From the NCBI RefSeq assembly GCF_009914755.1, contig NC_060927.1: a stretch of 64,000 bases of DNA; one strand, written 5' to 3'. Positions 38,046 through 52,040 of the stretch are shown piece by piece. Each line of letters begins with the position of its first letter. Position 1 is the stretch's first letter. Source of the DNA: the human T2T-CHM13v2.0 reference genome, Homo sapiens. The notes under the pieces were generated by a model that worked only from the letters and a program-made list of their open reading frames with translations, did not search any database and had not been told where the DNA came from. The translations under genes and the position numbers were made by a program.

Positions 38046-39949
38046 GTATAGAACAAAATATTATTGATTGCTTACAGTGTACTCAGCACTGAATATGCAC
38101 ATATGAAAACAGGTTTGTAAAACAAGCATAAGAAAATGTTCAAGAACCCTGAACAAAGCCTGGTTATTCCAGGGGTATCAGAATTGACTTCATGGTCAAT
38201 TTTTCATGGAACCAGGGACATTTGAACCGAATCCTGGAAGATGATTACATATACCCACAAAATTGATAAGACAGATAGGAATATCCCAGGAGGAGGGAAA
38301 GCACAGACACAGGAAAAGGGAACAGAATAATGACTTGTTAGGGTTTTATGCAGCTGAGCATGAGGTCACAGACAGAGGACATCTTTGATCAGCTCTGGGT
38401 TATGGCAAGATCTTCCAGGGAGTGAGCTGCAGTTTCCTTTTAGTCCTTTTTTTAAAATTTTCCTGTTGCCTGCACCAATATAGGGAACTTTGGGTTTTCC
38501 AAAAAGTGTCAGAAATCCATATTTTTATGTGTAAGCTCCTAATGTTTTGTAGAACTAATTCAATTAAAACATGGTAGAACTAATTAAATTAAAAACAAAA
38601 TAAAACAAAACAAAATAAAACACATATGCAGGCTATATTCAGCTTTCCACAGCAAAGTGGAGCCCTGGGTTGCCAAGCTTGGTTAAAGATGATAAGCTCT
38701 GCAATTGAAATTTCTTATTTTGAATATGATTCTGCCATTAGCTGTTGACCACAGGTGAGAGTTTCTTCAGCTCTCTGAGCCTTGGTTTTCTGCCAGATGG
38801 CTATATTTCTTGTCTTTCATGCCTTGCTGTGAGGAGCTTTTTGGATGATGGAGATGAAAACCCTTGCAAAGAATCAGACAAGTGTTAGAATTCTTCCTGG
38901 GTCCTAGCATGCTGTGGCAGAGCCATACACTCAGTACCGCCCTACGCATGGTTTAAGTCACCCAAAGATACCTGAATGTCCTCACCTGCCTTGTTAATTT
39001 TAACAATAGATGGGGGAAGAAAAACGTAGGTGTAGTTTTCCCCTTTATTCTGTTAAAAACATCACAAGGAGCTTGACATTCCATTTTGAATGTCTGTGTG
39101 TCAAAGATCCAGCTAAGAGTTATTTATTGATTCTGCATGGATTCAGGGTGACAGGGAAAAGGTTCAATTCACCTCGACATGGTGTGTGTTGGCTGTTCCC
39201 TTGAGATGGGGGGAGGATTCTCTGAAAAAGAATCTGCTGCACTACTTGTTAGTAGGGATTATGTCAAAATCTGCACTTGCATTTGCGTAATTTCCCATCT
39301 TTTGATCCCTTTCCATTCCAGGTTGGCTTTGATCATAAAGGCTTTTAAGGAAATGATCAAACCCTATAAAAGTCAAATTATTTCTGGTTGAGGGGCTGAG
39401 CTTGGTGGATGTTGGCTTTGACGCTGCTGAGAGTTGGATATGTACCCAGCTTGCTTCATTGGGCCTGGTTAAAAGCTCTCTGTAATTGCAGCTTTGCAAA
39501 AACTCCAGGCTATTATAATACGTTGAATGTTGGCGTTGTCTGATCTGTGTTATCTTTATTTGTTTTGTTGTATTGCCTGATCGAACATGATCATGAGAAG
39601 CTTCAAAGATACAGGCAGACCTTGAAATAAGGATACCTAACTTACAGAAGCACATTCATTATGAGTTTTGGCTCCACTGCAGAAATTTTACTACCTCTGC
39701 TTCTGGAACTGACCTGAGCCTCAGAATGTGTTTTAGTCTCCTCTGAGCCTCAAGCCACCTGGACCTCAGGACTGCAGTGTCTGATGCCTCTATAGCTCCC
39801 ATTTCCTGCCAGTTTCTGGAGCCCTATCCCCTGAGCCACTGCAGGAGTCCCAGAGGAGCCAAGGTTCCTCTCCTCTGAGGTGGATTTGAGACACCTTGGT
39901 CTACTGAACTAATATTATAGATGAAATACCACATTTGCTATTAAGGAGG

Positions 39950-40291
39950 TATCAAAGTCCTAACCCCCAATGTGATGGTATTTGGAGATAGGGCCTTTGG
40001 GAAGTAATTAGATCTAGATGAAGTCATGAAGGTGGGGTCCTCAACATGAGATTAGTGTTCTTACAAGAAAAGACAACAGAAAGCATGCTTCCTCTCTCTC
40101 TCTCTGCCTGCACACACCAAGGAAAGGCCATGTGAGGACACAGTGAGAAGGCGGCTGTCTGCAACCCAAGGAAAGAGCCTACACCAGGCATCAACCCTGC
40201 TGGTATCTTCTCCAGAACTGTGAGAAATGAATTCCTGTTGTTTAAGCCAACCAGTCTATGGCAATTTGTTATGGCAGCCCTAGCTAAGACA
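39950..40291 (+). mobile_element. MaLR LTR (MLT1A-like)
   Basis: cctaacccccaatgtgatggtatttggagatagggcctttggg...ccagaactgtgagaaat...ttatggcagccctagctaagaca. Confidence 0.85.
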
Positions 40292-41300
40292 AGAAACTAA
40301 TGTAGGTTAGCCTGGGCATCTAGTCACCTTGTAAGCATCTCTTGGGATAAAAATGGACCTCGCTTTTGCATCTGTGTATACCACCAGCCTGGCACATAAT
40401 TGGCACTCAGTAACTGTCTGTTTAATGAATCAATGAACACTAATGATTTAAGTGAAAAATATCCAATTTATAAATAAACATTTAGTGAACAATTTATTCT
40501 AGTGTTGGGGACTTCTTGCAATCATGGAATAATGGTTTGAGATTAAGAAAAAATAAATTATTTTAGGATGCGCATACACACACATACACACACCCCAAAA
40601 TATTAGCAACCTCTACTTTTTTTTACTAGCTCACCCCACGGTGATATAATGATACAAAAATAAATACAGTCAGCATGCTTTCCTATTTACCCAGGATGCA
40701 AGCAAGTGACTGTTTCTAAGCATTTGCAATTTCATCAAGATCTCTTAGAACCATTCCCTATAAAGAGATGCTGAGTGGAGCTGCTGACCTGCCAAAACCT
40801 AATTAACTTGAGTTTAGTAAAATAAAGAAGTCCTTTAAAAAAAAGAGAGAGAATTACAGGAAGGGAATTCTAAGGTGCCTTTTAATTTGAAATCCCCAGT
40901 GGGCAGGTTGCCATAGAAGGATGTGATTTTTTTTTACAAAATGGTGACTTTAGGATGCTTTCTTGTTGCTCTTAGAAATTCCTTAGACACTATGAGGAGT
41001 ATACTCCATGGCTTTTGCCATTTGAGAATGGAGAAGCAATTTCCTCAAGATGCTATTCATCTTTATTCATATCTGGATGCAGATGAGTTCAGAATGTGTG
41101 GGTGTGGGATTTGAAGAGTCTGAAGTGCTTAGGTAACAGTTGGCGTGCCAGTTGTGTAATGAAGAGTATGTATTGACAATATTAAATTGTGGGCTAAATC
41201 TCATTTTTTAGTGTAAAAAAAAAACAGGACACAATTTCTAAAAGCTACAGTGTTGTTTTTATGCCAGGGGTGTTTCTAAATGTTAGGACAACAGTGCTGA

Positions 41301-41873
<573 letters not shown>

Positions 41874-42250
41874 TAAGAATAATTCACTTTTCATATTGAA
41901 GAACCAACTGGTTTCTAGAAAAATTAGTGGTAATTTATGGAGTTACCATGAAGTTGTTGTTTGCTTCTCAACCTCCACCACCTCAAATTCACCGTCAACT
42001 TCTAGGGCTTTCTCAGGTGAAATTGTGTGCCATTACTAGTTTTATAAAGTCATGTTCTTTTCTCTACCTTACCTTTCCTTCACGTGGATGGCAATGAAGA
42101 GGTCTTCTTTCCACTGAGTTGTAAATTGACCAGGAAGTCTGGACACATTGTGTCCAGGGCTAGGAAACACTTGTGGATTCTGTGGATAGCAGCCATCTCT
42201 AGTAATACGTGGATATTCAGGGTCCTAGATTAGTCATGGGATGCCTAGAG

Positions 42251-43114
42251 CAGGAGATTTAGCTATTTTTCCTACTATAGATCCCTGGGCAGTCTGGTGA
42301 AACCTATGTACCCTTTTTCAGAATGATATTTTTAAATTTAAAAAAGTACATAGGATTACCAAGAGCAAGACAATAATAACACAAAGTACACTGAATCTCA
42401 CAGAATTTACAACATTATGGATGACTAATATCATCACCCAATGTGTCATCAATAATAATCTTAAAATTACTTTGAATAACACATTTCAACATTTTGTTTA
42501 ACCATCAGATGTGTTTGAACTTGCCTGGTCTAGACTTGTAGCCTACATGTATATCATATTTCAAACAACAATAGTAAGTTATGAAGAATCAAAAATTCTC
42601 ATTTGAACTTTCCAATTTTGCAAAATTGTAACAACTAATTTAAATGGCAGACTTCTTTCCATTGATGAAGAACAAACAAGTATGAATAAGGAATTCCACA
42701 AAGCATTGTAGATGTCTAAATATCTAGGGTGGGATAATGCATCTTCCGCCTTTCATGGCTGAATGACTGCCAAGTGAAAATTGACCAATACTTGTTTCTA
42801 TATATTATGAGGTGCTATGATCAGGAGAAATTAACTATCATGACTTTAATGTCATGATATAAAAAAAATTTCAGGATTTGTAGAAAACATATTGTCATAT
42901 GAAAAAAAAAGTTGTGACTTTTATTGGTGATGTCATAGGTACTATAAAGGTAGTGTAGTCTGTTGCCTGCCTTTTAAATGGAAGGAAATGCCAAATTTCA
43001 ATTAAGGGTCAACGGAAAAAAAAATCAGAAAAGATCCTATACAGTTGTGGATCCCTTGCATTCTAGCCATGGCCTCATCATGGACCTGTCAGACCCTCAA
43101 GTTATAAACTTCTG
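42251..43114. mobile_element. hAT Charlie2-like element
   Basis: ggcagtctggtgaaacctatgtaccctttttcagaatgatatttttaaat...gaccctcaagttataaacttctg. Confidence 0.7.
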
Positions 43115-43715
43115 TCTCAAAGTGTGAATCAATACCTGATGATGTGGAAAATAACAACTAAAGCAGTTCTTAGAAAAATAAGACCTGCAGATGGGATTAT
43201 AAAAAGAATGTAATTTACTGGTTGTTAACTTATTTAACAAACATGCCATAGTTCAACCTAAAGTTTGCAATTGACTTCATAATTGGTCCCTTTGGAGAGA
43301 GATGCTGTTGCCTTTATTCAAAATAGTGTTGGGTCTTCTCTGAGAACCAGTGGTATAATGCTTTGAATATTGTCATCAGTGTTCATTCTTAGACTGTTTT
43401 GGGGTAGGTCTGGTGTTTTGAAATGAGCCAAAGTCAATTGAAGTAAGGCTGCTGAATGAAGAAGGTAATCAAGGTGTGTGAACACCAGATTGGGACTTGA
43501 AAGTCCTAAGGATTTTTTTGGAAGGGGCTCATCAGCTACCCTGAAGGTTGCTTTGTAGCAGGTGGAGACGAGGTAGGGATGAGATTCAGAAAGGATTGCA
43601 TTTCCAAAATGATAACATCCTTGGAGTCAGCTTATAATCCCCTGGAATGAATACCTTATAGAGGAACACTCTTTTCCCTCATTAAATAGTCCCATTCTAT
43701 ATAGTCTTGAATAGA

Positions 43716-44258
43716 GCTGCACTGTTCAATACAAATATAATGGTAGCCACTTGTGTAATTTAAAATTTTTTTCAGTAGCTACATTAAACATGTAAAAAGA
43801 AAAAGGTATAGTTAATTTCAGTAATATACTTAACCCAGTATATTCAAAATTATCGTTTTGACTTGTAATCTAATAAAATGTATTGAATTTTACAGACTAA
43901 GTCTTTGAGATCTGGTGTTATATTTTATACTTACACCATGTTGCACTTTGGACACTAAATTTTCATTAGAAATACTTGACCTATATTTAGAGTTGATAAA
44001 ATTTACAGTTGAAAAAAACAGGTTCATATGTCTAAATTGTTTCAAACATACTTAAACATTTTCCAATGACTGAATTGGAATCTTTAAATTTAAATTAAAT
44101 TTAAATTAAATTAAATTAAATTAAATTAAATTTAAATCTTTAAATTTAAATTAATCACAGTTAAATAAACTTAAATATTTAGTTCCTCAGTCACACTAGC
44201 TACATTTCAAGTGCTCAATAGCCACATGTGGCCAGTGATTACTGCATGGACAGGACAG
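43716..44258. mobile_element. hAT Charlie5/MER33-like element
   Basis: ctgcactgttcaatac...gttcctcagtcacactagctacatttcaagtgctcaatagccacatgtggccagtg. Confidence 0.75.
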
Positions 44259-45519
44259 GTATAAACTATACGAAGAAACAATTGGAGAGGAATTCAGAAG
44301 CACCGTGTGGGCTTTAAACTCACTGGAAATGTTAGAGTCCTGCTTGTCTTTCCAGTTTTTAGTTGTCTTTTCTATGAACCACTTTGTTTAGTCTTTTTGT
44401 TAATCTAATATTTTTCCAAAAATCTCCCCACCTTCTCTTTAGAATCCTTTTGTGTGACCCTTCCCAAAGGCCTTTCCTTATGAGTATTTATTATTTATAT
44501 CCAGAGACACCACATGGTCTCTGCTTCATAGACAGAAGGTTCAGGGGTGAGTTTAGGTGACTAGATGAAGACAGGAAGTTAATGTCTCTACACCAAATCA
44601 GGATGGATAAACAGCTAAAGCACAGGAGTGAATGTTCCTTGCTCCAAGCCCCACAAGGCAGCCATCACTTTTAAAGCACCTCTGCCTCTGATTATGAAGA
44701 TTTGGTGTGGGATCTAGGAAACTGCATTTTTGTTAAGTTTCTCTTACTCCCTTTACTCTCCCCACTAAGTGATTCAAAGAGCCTAATTTAAGAATTGTTA
44801 CCCTAAACCCCTATCCTCCCACTATATTCTTTTTACGAGTGGTCCTCAAGCTGTGTTCTTCTCTTTTCGTGAGATCACCCTGTGTCTTGTTCAATTGAAG
44901 AATTCTAGGCCCTGCCCCAAGTCTGCAAATCAGAATATATGAAAGCATGGCACTAGGAATCTACTTTAAAATAAAACAAAACAAAACATACCCCCAAAAC
45001 TCCCTAAGTCATTGTTATGCCTTATAAACTAAAAAAAAAAAAAAAACCCAAAAAACAAAAACAAACAAACAAATGAAAACGCTGCTTTATGCAGACCCCA
45101 GCTTAGAAATAAAGAATTTGCTAATCCCAGCCTTTCTCATTCATCCTCTTTTCCAGTAACTGACATTTAAAAATCCATGTCATATTTATTTTGCCTCCCC
45201 TCTGTCAGGGTTATTTTTAAAATATGGGACTGGGATACAAAGGTATAGATCATGAGATCCTGTTTCTGATCTCAGAGAGCTTGCAGTTGTAGGAGGAAGA
45301 GAGACCTGTGGAAAACTGTGTTTATAAAGCACTGTAAGTGGAGTTCTGCATGGCATGCTGGGTGTAGGAAGGACATGGAGAGCACAAGAGTCATATCCAT
45401 TGGACTGTGAGCTGGCGAAATGGCTTAAAAAGGACTTTGGGAATCCTGAGTTGATCCAGGAAAGGTCAAATTGGTGTTCTCCCAGACAGCTAGAGGCAGG
45501 GAAGGACACCTGGAGACTT

Positions 45520-46168
45520 CATATGAATTGAGGTGTGAACAGGGAAGCAGAGTCCTTATGAATGACATAGAATAATACATTTATTACTAGAATAAACAGA
45601 CTTTCTACAGTTGTGGGAGATGTTTGGAATGCAAAGGTCTGGCAGTGCACAAAAAGTCACTTAGTAGGGACCGTGAAGGAAGCTGGTGAAGAAATCTATG
45701 GCAGGTATTGCCTCTACTGCTAGTGGTGGGACTGAAGTTGCTCTAGGTCAGCAGGGCTCAGAGAAGAAGAAATCGGGACTGGTGTGAAGAGAAGCAAGGG
45801 CAAACTAGAACCTATGAGGATGAACTAGGACCTGTGCCCCAGTAGCATAGGTGGCCTAAGGAGGAAGCAGGCACCCTTTGCCCTGGAGCTGCACACCCAG
45901 ACTAGGAAACTGGGGGTGGAGACCCAGGGGGATGTGGAAGAGCTGTGGGCCCACCTGTGCTCTCCCTAACACTGCCAGTCAGGAGATTAGCAGCAATGTG
46001 TGTTAGCTGAGATGGTGCCTTCCAAGTGTAATTCTGCATGGCATGTCTGCCTTCCAGATCTCAGGATGACTTTTTTCATGGCCAACCTCGACTGGATTCC
46101 CACAGGAAAGGGAAATCTGGGAAACATGTTCCCACGTAGCTAAGTCAACACAATAGAAAACCACTGCA
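45520..46168 (-). mobile_element. ERVL LTR (LTR41/LTR52-like), inserted in an L2
   Basis: Minus-strand start tgcagtggttttctattgtgttgacttagctacgtgggaacatgtttcccaga...gagatctggaagg. Confidence 0.7.
45847..46020 (+). pseudogene. Degenerate APOA4-like coding fragment embedded in the LTR
   Basis: Frame from 45850 reads GGLRRKQAPFALELHTQ----TRKLGVETQGDVEELWAHL vs recalled APOA4 [40 protein letters not shown]; stop codons follow. Confidence 0.65.
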
Positions 46169-46421
46169 GTTGGCTTAGGAAACCCGAGCTGGAAGTGGCA
46201 GGATGGAACGTGGGCACGTTGGGGCAGGAGACTGGGGTGGTATGATAGGGTGTTAGCCTATGTACAGTGGTAAAGCAGCAATGATGACCTTGAGGAGTTT
46301 TATCCTCTGTATATCAATGGATTAAAATGGCGGAGTAACTTGATAAAATAGATTTTCTTTAAAAAAATTAATAAATTTAAAAAAATCAAATTTTTAAAAA
46401 ATTAAAAAATGTTAAATGTCA

Positions 46422-46932
46422 GAGTAGTTCTCAAACTTTTTGGTATCAGAACCCTTTTAGACACTCAGCAATTACAGAGGATCTTAAAGAGGTCTTGTTC
46501 ATGTGGGTTATATTTATCCATATTCACCATATTAAAAATTAAAACTGATAAAATTTTAAAATGTTTACTAATTGAAAAAGGTAAGCCTATCACATGTTAA
46601 CATGAAAACACATTTTTATGAAAAAAATTATGTTGTGCAAAACAAAAAATATTTCCTGAGAAGAGTGGTATTATTGTATAGTTCTGCACGTCTCCTTCAT
46701 GTCTCGCTTAATAGAAAACAGTTGAATTCTCATATCTGCTTCTACATTCACTCTGTTGTGATATTCCATGTCAGGAGGCTTCAGAAAACTCCACTGTATG
46801 TTTGTGAGAGAAAGAATAAAAAAGGCAAATCACATCTTAATCACATTGTACAAATAGTCTCATCTTCAGGAATCCCCTGCAAGGATCTTAGGGACTTCCT
46901 GGAGTCCCTGGACCAAACTTTGAGAGCCACTG
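46422..46932. mobile_element. hAT Charlie1b-like element
   Basis: TIRs agtagttctcaaa ... tttgagagccactg; internal gaattctcatatctgcttctacattca. Confidence 0.8.
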
Positions 46933-47340
46933 GTGTGGTGGAGGAGATGGCTCTACCAGCAAGTGGGGATACCAGCAGACCTTGTAATAGCTTAGGGGAG
47001 AAAGATGAAGGCCTGCACCAAGGTGTATCTTCAGGAAAGGAGAAGAGGATGAATGGGAGAGAAGCTAAGGAGAAATAAGCCAGAGAACTTCATAACCCAT
47101 AGGATGTGGGGATGGCGGAGAGAGCAGAGTCTCTGAGAATGACTTGGCCAAATGAATAGCTGGATGTCAGCAAGCTGCTGGTACAGGTATAGGGTGTTCC
47201 TCAGCCACCCCGACCCCACACAGGCCTGTTTCTCTACAGGCTTTGGCACGGTGAAAAGGAAGCAGGAGGTCCAGCTCTAGGTCAATGACTGGACTTTAAG
47301 AATATCACTACACATCAGCAGGAATTAAATGCGCAGAGTT

Positions 47341-47649
<309 letters not shown>

Positions 47650-47839
47650 TCAAGTGTGGGCTGGTTTAGTCTGCGATGTTCACATATGCAGCGACACAGG
47701 GAAAACTAATTGGTGGGTGAGTGACAAAGACAATAAGGGATGAAGTTTGTGGAATACCCTTCTCCTTGGGGCTGGACACATTCATGGTTGTAAGAGGACT
47801 TGGGAGGGACTCAGGAATCCAGAATGGTGATGTGGTTTT

Positions 47840-48010
47840 GTATACACACATATGTGTGAGTGTGTGTGTGTGTGTGTGTGTATACATGTATATGTATATA
47901 TATATGTGGTTGTATGAAAACACATATATAAAACCATATACACTAGACACATACATGTATGTACACATATATATGTGTCTGTGTTTATATGTGTGTGATA
48001 TACCTGTATA
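47840..48010. repeat. (TG)/(TA)/(CA) compound repeat
   Basis: Seen directly. Confidence 0.8.
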
Positions 48011-49074
48011 GATGGTTTTATAGAGAAATGGTTATGTCAGCCCAGGGCTCAGCATGGAGTGGTGGAATGAGCTGGCCTGGGCATTTAGAGTCATCTCCCA
48101 GTTTTCCACCCACCCACCAGCTGTGTGATCTTGGACAACTCACAAGGGTCTCTGGGCCTCAGTCTCATTGTCTGGGATATACAGTAGGTGTGAAGTGTCA
48201 GGAATTCTGTGATGCAATGTGCCTTTTTTACAGGCCACAAAGAGTGATCTTCTGGAGGACACAAGGATTCCATCACTGTCAGAGTTTGGCTGAGTAGCAT
48301 TTTCCTGAGCCCCTTTTCAATCTTGTCTGTTGAATGATTTGAAAGTGAATGAGGATGCAGTGAGTCTGATGTCAGGGGACTATATATAGCAGCTGCAAGT
48401 CTCAGGAGTTACAGGTCTTGTCATTTATTTGGATATGGTCCCCAGTTTGGCCGGGCAACCTTGGCATTTTCTTGTTTTCTTAGTTCTTGAGAAGCCTTTT
48501 CTTACCAGCGAATTCTGCATAGACACACACTCATGCACAAGTATGCACACACATATACGCACAAAGAGCAATTTGACCACGCTCTGCTCAGCATTTCCAA
48601 GTATACCACTGCGGTGTGAAAGGTGATTTAGATGTGTACGAATTATTTTTTGGTATTTACATATGCTTTGATAAGTATTAGAAAAATAAAACAAGCATAA
48701 CAAAGCCATTTATGCAGATATTATTTCTTAGGATGAGGAATCATTTAAATAAGTTGACTTCAAGAAGAAGATTACATAAGTATGAACACAGGTAGAGCTT
48801 AGATATAGCAGAAATCTTGAAGGTAGTATTCGAGTGACTAATATGTGGGAAGCACTAACTTAATTGTGTTGATGAGGCTTTTGTTCTAACAAATTCAGAA
48901 GAGGAGATTGCCTTAGCAGGTAATACCCAGTACCTATGTCAGAAGTGTTTTTATTCATTCATTTGGTAACTCAGCCTAAAAATTCCTTTGAGAATCTGAG
49001 TTATTTCACATCTACTTCATATTGGTCATACCTGGTACTTAGAATGTTAGACTTTAACCTGGATACAATTAGGG

Positions 49075-49770
49075 GGAACAATCAGACACATTTAAATGAG
49101 GAAAAATTATGCAAAGCAACTGACCCTGGAATCTACGAAAATGTCAGTGTCATAAAGGACAGGGTAAAAAACCATGCTGGAGAACAGTTCTAAATTAAAG
49201 TAAAATAAAGAGATATGACAATGAAATATAATGTGTGATTCATAATGGAACCCTGGATTAAAAATAAAAAGTTATTAAGGGCATTTTGGGACACTTAAGG
49301 AAATTTGAAAACCCACTGCTTATTAGAAAATAGTCTAGGTATCAATTTTGGACCTCCAAAGTGTGATAATTGCAGTATAGGACCATATTCCTGGTCTTAA
49401 GAGATTCATATTGAACTATTTGAGGATGAAGTATATCAATGTCTACAACTAACTCTCAAATGGTTCAGCCAAAATACACATACATAAACATACACTCACA
49501 CATATAATGCCCATATATACACAGGTAATATACAAATATACACATATACATATGCATATGAAAACATAGACCTGCAGACACATACACATACAGACATACA
49601 TACATATATGCATAGATACAGACAAAGACACAGACATACATCCATACATGGAGAGGGAAAGCAAACATGACAGAATATTAACAATTGGTCAATCCAGAGT
49701 GTTTATTTGCAATTCTCACAACTATTCAGTAGACTTAGACTTAAACTTTTCAAATTAATAGTTGCAGGAA
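49075..49770 (+). mobile_element. Old L1 3'UTR fragment (L1MC4/5-like) with an internal CA/TA-rich tract
   Basis: aaagagatatgacaatgaaatataatgtgtgatt...atgtctacaactaactctcaaatggttcag. Confidence 0.7.
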
Positions 49771-51199
49771 AAAATAGACTTTTTGAGTTAAAGAAATCTC
49801 AGAGATAAATCTTTGTCATGTGGATTAAGAAGCAGGTGTTGAGAACTTGGATAAAATTTTTTGAGCCTACTAAAGAGGATGTTTACATTGTGCAGAGACC
49901 CATAGTTCCTTCCCAACTATTCCACAGACAAGATTCCCTCCACAAAGTAACTATGAGACATAAAGATGGTCTCTGGTAAGCAAAGAAATCATTTAAATAA
50001 GTAAATTGACTTGCTCAGACACACTCAGCAAAGATAGTTCATAGTGACTGCCTGGATTCTAGATTGCATAGACTTTATTTACTGTAACAGCTGATCAAAC
50101 AATACTATTACACAAAGAATGGCCTCTGCTATTATATATGTGCATATATCTATATCTATATATATATAGATATATACGCATGTATAATTTTCATTCAATA
50201 AATATTTTTTGAATGCCTACTATGCTTCCGGCATTGCTCTTAGGCTCTGGAGGTAAGAAAATTAAGATCCTACTTCTCAAACACATTACTTTCTGGAGTG
50301 TGAGGGATAGAAAATAGCCAAACAAGTAATTAAAGGAATGGATGTATTTCAAAAATTGCAATCTTGTAATGGAAAAAAAATTATGAGGGTATCATGTCAG
50401 AAAGTGATTGAGGATGGGTTCTCTGAGGAGATGGCCAACCATTAAGATTAGAAGGAAGAGTATTTTATTTTTCATGTCTCTGCTATTGATTCTTAATTCC
50501 CCTAGCCTTTGAGTTTGCCGTCATATCAAGGTCAAAGGCCTTCTGAAACTTGACCATTCTGCTGGACTACCCCAGGATCTGTTTCTGACTGTGGTCCATT
50601 CCAAGTGACCATACAATGTGGCCAACCCAAGGGTGTGCGCTTGTTTCCTTGTTCTCTTGTTGATGAATGCAGACATTCTCTATACACTTATCGTTCATAA
50701 TGTAGGCCACCTCATCTTTATGATAAACTTTCAAAGAAGCTTAATCCAAAAACCATAGAAATCTCCTCATTTGTTCATTCTGATACATGGTGATGAAAGT
50801 GAGTTATAATCCCTGAATAATACAGCAGGAAGCCTTCCAACCAGCGATTTTCAATAATGCCACATTGGCACCCCTCTGAATTATTATCTGCTTTTACTAA
50901 TTCAATATGACAGGTTTCTAAAGCAATTTGAATTCATGTAAAAGCAGTGAGAGAGAGAGTATTCAAACTTGCTTGAAGGAGAGTCAGGGTAAAGAACTTA
51001 TATTGCATTCTCCTTGCAACACCGATCAAGATCCATTTGGATTCATTTCCTGGAGGCATTAAGTATGTTTTATCTTTCTTTTGCAGTCACCTTTTCAGTT
51101 TCCTCTGATAATTATATTCTATCTGCAGTGCTTTGAATTTACCCCAGAGTGTAGAACCAGTAAGCTGATTCTTCAGCCCAGAGGCCACTAAGGATAGGA

Positions 51200-51202
<3 letters not shown>

Positions 51203-51242
<40 letters not shown>
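51203..51242. repeat. Poly(A)40
   Basis: Uninterrupted A run. Confidence 0.95.
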
Positions 51243-51243
<1 letters not shown>

Positions 51244-51589
51244 GGATTTTAACATGCAGGCCAAAAATATGCCCCTCATGCAAAAATCACTCAAGAGATA
51301 GGCCAGCAGGTGAAGAGGATCCTGTGGAGGATGCAAAATATTAATGTTTTTTCTATTTCCCCTGTTTCCACCTGTGTGAACCAAAGCTAGCCTCCAGATG
51401 GTAGGGTGTGGGTGAGGCAGTGTGGTATAGTGTCAGATGTACAGGATTTGGAGTCAGGGAACCTAATTTGAGTCCCAGTCCCACCACTTATGGCTGTGAA
51501 TTTGGCTCAAGGCCTGGCCCATTGTAAGTACTCAGCAAATATGAGCCCCACATCTTCCTTCTCCATCTTAATTCTTTTTACTCAAGTGC

Positions 51590-52040
51590 GTAGCTCCTTC
51601 TCACCTTCCCAACTCATCTCTTTCCATCCGCTCCCTCAGCTACAGCCATACTGGCCTTCCTTCTGTTTGTAGAACATACCAAGAACCTTCCTGTTTCCAA
51701 GCTGCTGAACTTACACTTCCTTCTACTTGATGCATTCCTCCCTCCAATCACCCCATGGCATGCTAATCACTTTTTTCAGTTCTCAGCTCAAATGTCACCC
51801 CTAAGAGTAGCCTTTCCTCCCTCTGTCACCCTCCAACACATGTTACCCTGAGGTTTTTCTTCATGGCGTTTCTCACTATCTTAACGGTTTTGATGACTCA
51901 TTTGTGTTTTGTGCATATTGTCAGCCTCTCTCTCTCAACCCAGAGATCCTGGGAGCAGAGACCGTAGCTTTTGTGCTTTCACTCCTGTATGCCAGCACCT
52001 GGCACATACTAGTTGCTCAACAAATATTTTTGGATGGAAG
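51590..52040 (+). mobile_element. L2 3' end
   Basis: cagccatactggccttcc...tctcagctcaaatgtcacc...cctggcacatactagttgctcaacaaatattt. Confidence 0.75.

Noticed and set aside
46572-47078. 168-aa ORF
   Set aside because: Lies in a non-autonomous Charlie1 derivative and L2; non-ATG start; no transposase motif recognised.
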